Shown here piece by piece: positions 33,927 to 37,570 of a stretch of 37,570 nucleotides of DNA (positions within the stretch are counted from its first letter, which is position 1; each line of letters opens with the position of its first letter). Below the pieces are notes generated by a model. That model did not search any database. It was not told where the DNA came from and was given only the letters and a program-made list of their open reading frames with translations. Source of the stretch: a virus; IMG/VR virus record IMGVR_UViG_3300045391_002362. One strand, 5' to 3'. The position numbers and the translations under genes were made by a program.

Positions 33927-34158
33927 TTTTTTGTATCTCCAGTAGTTCTTGATGCAGTAGTTCTTGATGTAATTCGACCATAAGCGGCGTTAAATCGCCT
34001 TCTCTGACGTGATAGCGCAGGGTTTTAATAAACACATAGGCCGGATAAATCGAATGAGGATTTCGCGTTTTTACGTCACGCTCCATGCGCTGAAAAAATG
34101 CGATAATCTCTTTTATTTCGGCGAGTAGTGCTAGACGTATTTTAGCTAAATCTTTCAT
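33919..34158 (-). CDS. Hypothetical protein, 79 aa, with HQELL-HQELL tandem duplication
   Basis: ORF track entry. A 15-bp tandem repeat lies at 33941..33970. Confidence 0.45.
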   Translation of the reverse strand: MKDLAKIRLALLAEIKEIIAFFQRMERDVKTRNPHSIYPAYVFIKTLRYHVREGDLTPLMVELHQELLHQELLEIQKNE

Positions 34159-34220
34159 AGGCTTTTAATGTGCTTTAACATGGCTTCAACGGCTTCTTTT
34201 TTGGTTAAATCAAAATTCAT
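34155..34220 (-). CDS. Possible micro-ORF, 21 aa
   Basis: Hand translated: MNFDLTKKEAVEAMLKHIKSL. It has an ATGA overlap downstream. Confidence 0.2.
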   Translation of the reverse strand: MNFDLTKKEAVEAMLKHIKSL

Positions 34221-34223
34221 CGT

Positions 34224-34346
34224 TTATTTACCTCTCATAATGCAATAAATCACTGAATGACCTACTTGTCTACAATCTTTGTACATATATAACTCATAAT
34301 TAATGATTACCATAAAAATAATAACCCCCATTATTAGCCATTTCAT
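34224..34346 (-). CDS. Small membrane protein, 40 aa
   Basis: Hand translated: MKWLIMGVIIFMVIINYELYMYKDCRQVGHSVIYCIMRGK. It has a TAATG overlap upstream. Confidence 0.35.
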   Translation of the reverse strand: MKWLIMGVIIFMVIINYELYMYKDCRQVGHSVIYCIMRGK

Positions 34347-34564
34347 TAGTGCATTGATTCCCGTGACTTTTGGCGTAATTCATTAACAGCGCCCTTCATA
34401 ATTTCCTCGGCGTCATTTAACGGCAATCCACTTAACTCAGTTATGAGTCCTATAATGCATTCCATGAGGCGATCAAAATAATCATCGTTCAGGTATTTCC
34501 TACCATTTCTCGCGATTATTAGTGATTGATAGAGTCGTTTAACAAGGTCGTGTTCGTTATTCAT
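34346..34564 (-). CDS. Hypothetical protein, 72 aa
   Basis: 8-nt ATGAATAA overlap with the exonuclease stop. Confidence 0.5.
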   Translation of the reverse strand: MNNEHDLVKRLYQSLIIARNGRKYLNDDYFDRLMECIIGLITELSGLPLNDAEEIMKGAVNELRQKSRESMH

Positions 34565-35360
34565 CGTCTAATTCCCATGGTGGCGCGTAGAGTGTTTCTA
34601 TACCACAATGCGCGGCGGTATCTGGATTGTTGATAAACTGTTGATAACGCATCATTAGCCTATCAAATTTTCTATAGCCTGCCTGAATTGCCAACTCATC
34701 GAGTCGATAGACGGCGATAAAATAAGGCGGCGTTGGTTCAACAGCGATAATCACATGATGCTGCGTCTTTATATCAATACTATGAAGTGCTTTTTGGGTC
34801 ATAGCCGCTTGCAAAAGATAGCCGTATTTAGACGCCGAATGCTGAAATGCACGATAAGACGCGTCATTCGTGGTTTTTAAATCAACAGACGCTTTTCCCG
34901 CCACAAAATCAGTGCGTGATTTGCATTGAATGCCTGTATTGTCGTGCGTAAAAAAGATTGATTTTTCAATAAATGATGCATTAACCAGCAGCATCGATAT
35001 AATGGGATTTGATGTTAGCGCGTCTACTGTTGATTTTATTGTCTCGTATTGTTTGGCTGACAATAAGCGCTTTCCTTGATTGATTTTTATATAATTTTCC
35101 CACATTATCTTGCCGTCTTTTGTGCGCCTATTAACGTTTGGCGCTACTGCATACAGTTGATTATAGAGTTCGGGTTCTAATAGCATCGTATGCACTGCAG
35201 ACCCTATAATTGTCGATTCGGTATCGGTTTCGTCTTGGGATTGATAGTGCATCATGTGCTTTGGTGATTTCGCCAGACGCATTAACTGGGAGCGAGACAC
35301 GCCTTGTGCTTTATGGTAATTGTAATTGGATAAATCGTGGATTCCGTTGGTGTAGTTCAT
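34557..35360 (-). CDS. PD-(D/E)XK exonuclease, RecE C-terminal / DUF3799 type
   Basis: YHKAQGVSRSQL...IIGSAVHTMLLEPE...RTDFVAGKASVDLKTTNDAS...KYGYLLQAA matches the family motifs as recalled. Confidence 0.85.
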   Translation of the reverse strand: MNYTNGIHDLSNYNYHKAQGVSRSQLMRLAKSPKHMMHYQSQDETDTESTIIGSAVHTMLLEPELYNQLYAVAPNVNRRTKDGKIMWENYIKINQGKRLLSAKQYETIKSTVDALTSNPIISMLLVNASFIEKSIFFTHDNTGIQCKSRTDFVAGKASVDLKTTNDASYRAFQHSASKYGYLLQAAMTQKALHSIDIKTQHHVIIAVEPTPPYFIAVYRLDELAIQAGYRKFDRLMMRYQQFINNPDTAAHCGIETLYAPPWELDDE

Positions 35361-35376
35361 GGTTATATTTTGTGCT

Positions 35377-35399
35377 ATTATATCAATTAATTATATCAA
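35377..35399 (-). promoter_or_regulatory. Two tandem extended -10 elements (TTGATATAAT x2, 13 bp apart) for the early-left operon
   Basis: The forward-strand direct repeat attatatcaa lies at 35377..35386 and 35390..35399. The proximal copy continues as TATAATAGCA, as at 2444..2452. Confidence 0.5.
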
Positions 35400-35412
35400 A
35401 AAATAGGCAATA

Positions 35413-35601
35413 ATGACAGTAGATGAGGTGTATAATTATTACGATAAAAACTGGTCTAAAATGACAAGGGATTTGGGACTTGGGGCATCCACTTATAGGG
35501 TGTGGATTAAGCGAGGTGTAGTGCCCTATCGCATTCAATTAGTAATTCAAGACAGGACAAATAATAAATTAATAGCAACCAGAAAAAGGACGATAAAATG
35601 A
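35413..35601 (+). CDS. Cro/YdaS-like HTH regulator (paralogue 2)
   Basis: It aligns by eye with 2214..2417 (MT.-E...Y...W.KR...P...QLVI..RTN..LIA). Confidence 0.6.
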   Translation: MTVDEVYNYYDKNWSKMTRDLGLGASTYRVWIKRGVVPYRIQLVIQDRTNNKLIATRKRTIK

Positions 35602-35753
35602 CGATTCATTTCATTCAAAAAGTGCTTAAATCAGCGTTAGCAGACCACTTAAACAAAGCGCTAACACCTGAAATAATTAGGGATATTATAACGCGAGTGA
35701 ATAGGGATATTGAATGGAATAAAATAATGAATAAAAAATCAATAGAAGAGTAG
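35598..35753 (+). CDS. Hypothetical protein, 51 aa
   Basis: Hand translated: MTIHFIQKVLKSALADHLNKALTPEIIRDIITRVNRDIEWNKIMNKKSIEE. It has an ATGA overlap. Confidence 0.4.
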   Translation: MTIHFIQKVLKSALADHLNKALTPEIIRDIITRVNRDIEWNKIMNKKSIEE

Positions 35754-35779
35754 AAAAAAAGGGGGAAGTTAACCCCCTT
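35754..35779 (-). terminator. Intrinsic terminator ending the replication operon (weaker in the plus direction)
   Basis: The minus strand reads AAGGGGG-ttaactt-CCCCCTT followed by a T run. Confidence 0.6.
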
Positions 35780-35785
35780 AAATAG

Positions 35786-35983
35786 TTAATTTTCTTGTGA
35801 TAATAACGTATCAATGCAGTAAATTAATGAGCTATAACCCGCAAATAAATCGTTTAAAGTCATCAGATAATCCTTCTTATTTTCTAGTGCATTCATCACG
35901 TCTTTTATCCGTGTATTGATGTGTTTTTTATGAATATCAATCGTTACTTTTAGCATGATAGTGTGGGTGGTGTCTTTCTTCAT
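35786..35983 (-). CDS. Hypothetical protein, 65 aa
   Basis: ORF track entry, downstream of dnaB. Confidence 0.45.
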   Translation of the reverse strand: MKKDTTHTIMLKVTIDIHKKHINTRIKDVMNALENKKDYLMTLNDLFAGYSSLIYCIDTLLSQEN

Positions 35984-35991
35984 AATAGCCT

Positions 35992-37326
35992 CTAATTTAG
36001 GTCTTCAAAACGCGCGTATTGCCCAACAAATCGCGCCTTAATGTTGCCTGTTGGGCCGTTTCTATTTTTTGAAATAATCAGTTCTGCGATTCCTTTATCT
36101 AGGCTGTCTTCGTTGTAGACCTCATCGCGATAAATAAAGCAAATCAAGTCAGCATCTTGTTCAATCGCGCCTGATTCTCGAATGTCGGCCATTTGCGGGC
36201 GCTTGTCTTGTCTGTTTTCAAGGTTACGATTGAGCTGAGAGAGTGCTACAATGGGCACGTTTAGCTCCTTTGCTAGTTGTTTTAGGCTGTTTGATATCTG
36301 AGCAATTTCCCTGACGTGGTTATCGTTTTTAAACCCAGGTACTCGCATCATTTGCAAATAATCGATAACAATTAGTCCCAATTGTCCGTGCTCTTGAGTT
36401 GCGCGTCTTGCACGAATTCGCAATTCAGCCGGACTTAATGCGGGGGTGTCGTCTATCATTAGCTTGGAGTCCATACTTAATGAGACAGCCGCATGTATTT
36501 TTGACCAGTCCGAATCATTTAGTTTGCCGTCCGGTATTTTTTGCAATTCAATGCTGCATGCCGATGATAATAGTCTGTCTGTTAGCGAATCCGTTGACAT
36601 TTCCATCGAAAAAACCAGTACTGCCAAACGTTGTTTGATGGCTACATTGTACGCAATGTTCATAGCAAAACTTGTTTTTCCCATTGACGGCCGTGCGCCC
36701 ACAATAATCAATTCTTTGCGTTTTAGTCCGCCGATTTTATCGTCTAAATCGGTCAATCCCGTGGGTATTTTGTTAGTGTTTTTCCCGTTATAAATGGCAT
36801 CATCAATGCGTTCGACTGCTCGAATATAAGCGGAGGAAATCATTTCATAACTCGTTTTTTTTTGTGCGCGTTGGTTTGATAAATCCAGTACATTCTTGCC
36901 CAATTCGTCTAGTATGTCGCTGGATGTTTTTATCGCCTCTCTGTTGCCTAACGCCTCGCTCATTGTCTCCTGACAGAGTTTGATTACCTGCCGTTTAACG
37001 GATTTGTCCTTGACGATATCGACATAGTGTTCAATGTTGGCCACGCTCGGCGTATTGTTTGCCAATTCCCATAAATACGCCTCACCGCCTGCGTTGTCGT
37101 CCTTCTTGTTTTTTTTAAGCGCGTCCAAGACGGTAATCACGTCAAACGGTTTTTGTTGGGCCGATAGAGACGAAATCGCATCAAATATCAACTGATGCTC
37201 TACACGATAAAAATCAGTGGTGGTTATTTTATCTGCAATTTGCTCAATAGTTTTGTTATTTAGCATCAAGCCGCCGATAATTGCCTGCTCGGCATCGAGT
37301 GATTCGGGTAGATATATGCGTTCCAT
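35992..37326 (-). CDS. dnaB: Replicative DNA helicase DnaB
   Basis: The N-terminal domain contains DAEQAIIGGLMLNN. Walker A is GARPSMGKTSFAMNIA. VLVFSMEMS, IVIDYLQMM and SQLNRNLE are also present. 444 aa with no intein. Confidence 0.95.
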   Translation of the reverse strand: MERIYLPESLDAEQAIIGGLMLNNKTIEQIADKITTTDFYRVEHQLIFDAISSLSAQQKPFDVITVLDALKKNKKDDNAGGEAYLWELANNTPSVANIEHYVDIVKDKSVKRQVIKLCQETMSEALGNREAIKTSSDILDELGKNVLDLSNQRAQKKTSYEMISSAYIRAVERIDDAIYNGKNTNKIPTGLTDLDDKIGGLKRKELIIVGARPSMGKTSFAMNIAYNVAIKQRLAVLVFSMEMSTDSLTDRLLSSACSIELQKIPDGKLNDSDWSKIHAAVSLSMDSKLMIDDTPALSPAELRIRARRATQEHGQLGLIVIDYLQMMRVPGFKNDNHVREIAQISNSLKQLAKELNVPIVALSQLNRNLENRQDKRPQMADIRESGAIEQDADLICFIYRDEVYNEDSLDKGIAELIISKNRNGPTGNIKARFVGQYARFEDLN

Positions 37327-37327
37327 T

Positions 37328-37570
37328 CTAGTTTACTCGCTCTGCAAAAAGGGCCTTCAATTTTTTGATGTATAATTTCGCCATAGCGGGGTTTTCAGGA
37401 GGGGGGGTTACTGGCGGTAATATTTTCGGTATTTCTTCAATAGGCTCGTTATTTTGGGCCTTCCTTACCATCTCTTCGTAATTTCTTTTGAAATCCGGCG
37501 GAACATCTGCTTTTTTTGCTTTTATAAGTGAAGCCCAACTGGATTTTATATAGGCGTGATAGACAGCGCG
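37328..37570 (-). CDS. Lambda P-like helicase loader, C-terminal part (37502..37570 duplicates 1..69)
   Basis: The frame is continuous with 1..474 across the junction (474 and 174 nt are both multiples of 3). Hand translation reads ...DVPPDFKRNYEEMVRKAQNNEPIEEIPKILPPVTPPPENPAMAKLYIKKLKALFAERVN, with TAG at 37330..37328. The full protein is 215 aa. Confidence 0.75.
   Translation of the reverse strand, partial: RAVYHAYIKSSWASLIKAKKADVPPDFKRNYEEMVRKAQNNEPIEEIPKILPPVTPPPENPAMAKLYIKKLKALFAERVN
37502..37570. repeat. Second copy of the terminal overlap
   Basis: Identical to 1..69. Confidence 0.95.

Overview
**What the window is.** It holds one complete tailed-phage genome. Bases 1..69 recur exactly at 37502..37570, so the unique sequence is 37,501 bp. 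It is either circular or circularly permuted, and the window is cut inside a gene.

**Late operon (plus strand, 3787..29609).** A single long morphogenesis and lysis operon follows P22-like order:
- small terminase, then a 2.2 kb island of tiny ORFs, then large terminase
- portal with a Q-rich C-terminal coiled coil, then a cluster of small basic ORFs
- scaffold, P22-type coat, gp4-like adaptor, gp10-like tail hub
- Q/G-rich ejection-type proteins and three fibre or receptor-binding proteins
- fibre chaperone, GH108 endolysin and a VRR-NUC nuclease

Two AT-rich HNH-superfamily nuclease genes bracket the tail-hub gene.

**Early genes (minus strand, lambdoid layout).**
- Replication operon: cro-like gene, intrinsic terminator, two winged-helix genes, an O-like initiator carrying origin-type iterons inside its own coding sequence, a lambda P-like loader that wraps across the window ends, DnaB, terminator.
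- Second operon (35360..29572): a RecE-type exonuclease, a Rha-family regulator and about 20 small ORFs.
- Third operon (3651..2736): small acidic proteins.

**Not seen.** No integrase, CI-type repressor, partition genes, tRNA, rRNA, CRISPR array or reverse transcriptase.

**Most interesting signals.**
- the in-gene origin array with C9 tracts
- a candidate oop-like antisense sRNA
- two cro-like paralogues sitting at promoter regions that share an extended -10 motif
- a recurring 'EL(P/D)DE-stop/ATG' junction cassette
- a structured non-coding element next to the reverse-oriented HNH gene
- a lysis region with no recognisable holin or spanin

**Limits.** All protein-family calls rest on motif recognition by eye and recalled family patterns. 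No database search was run.
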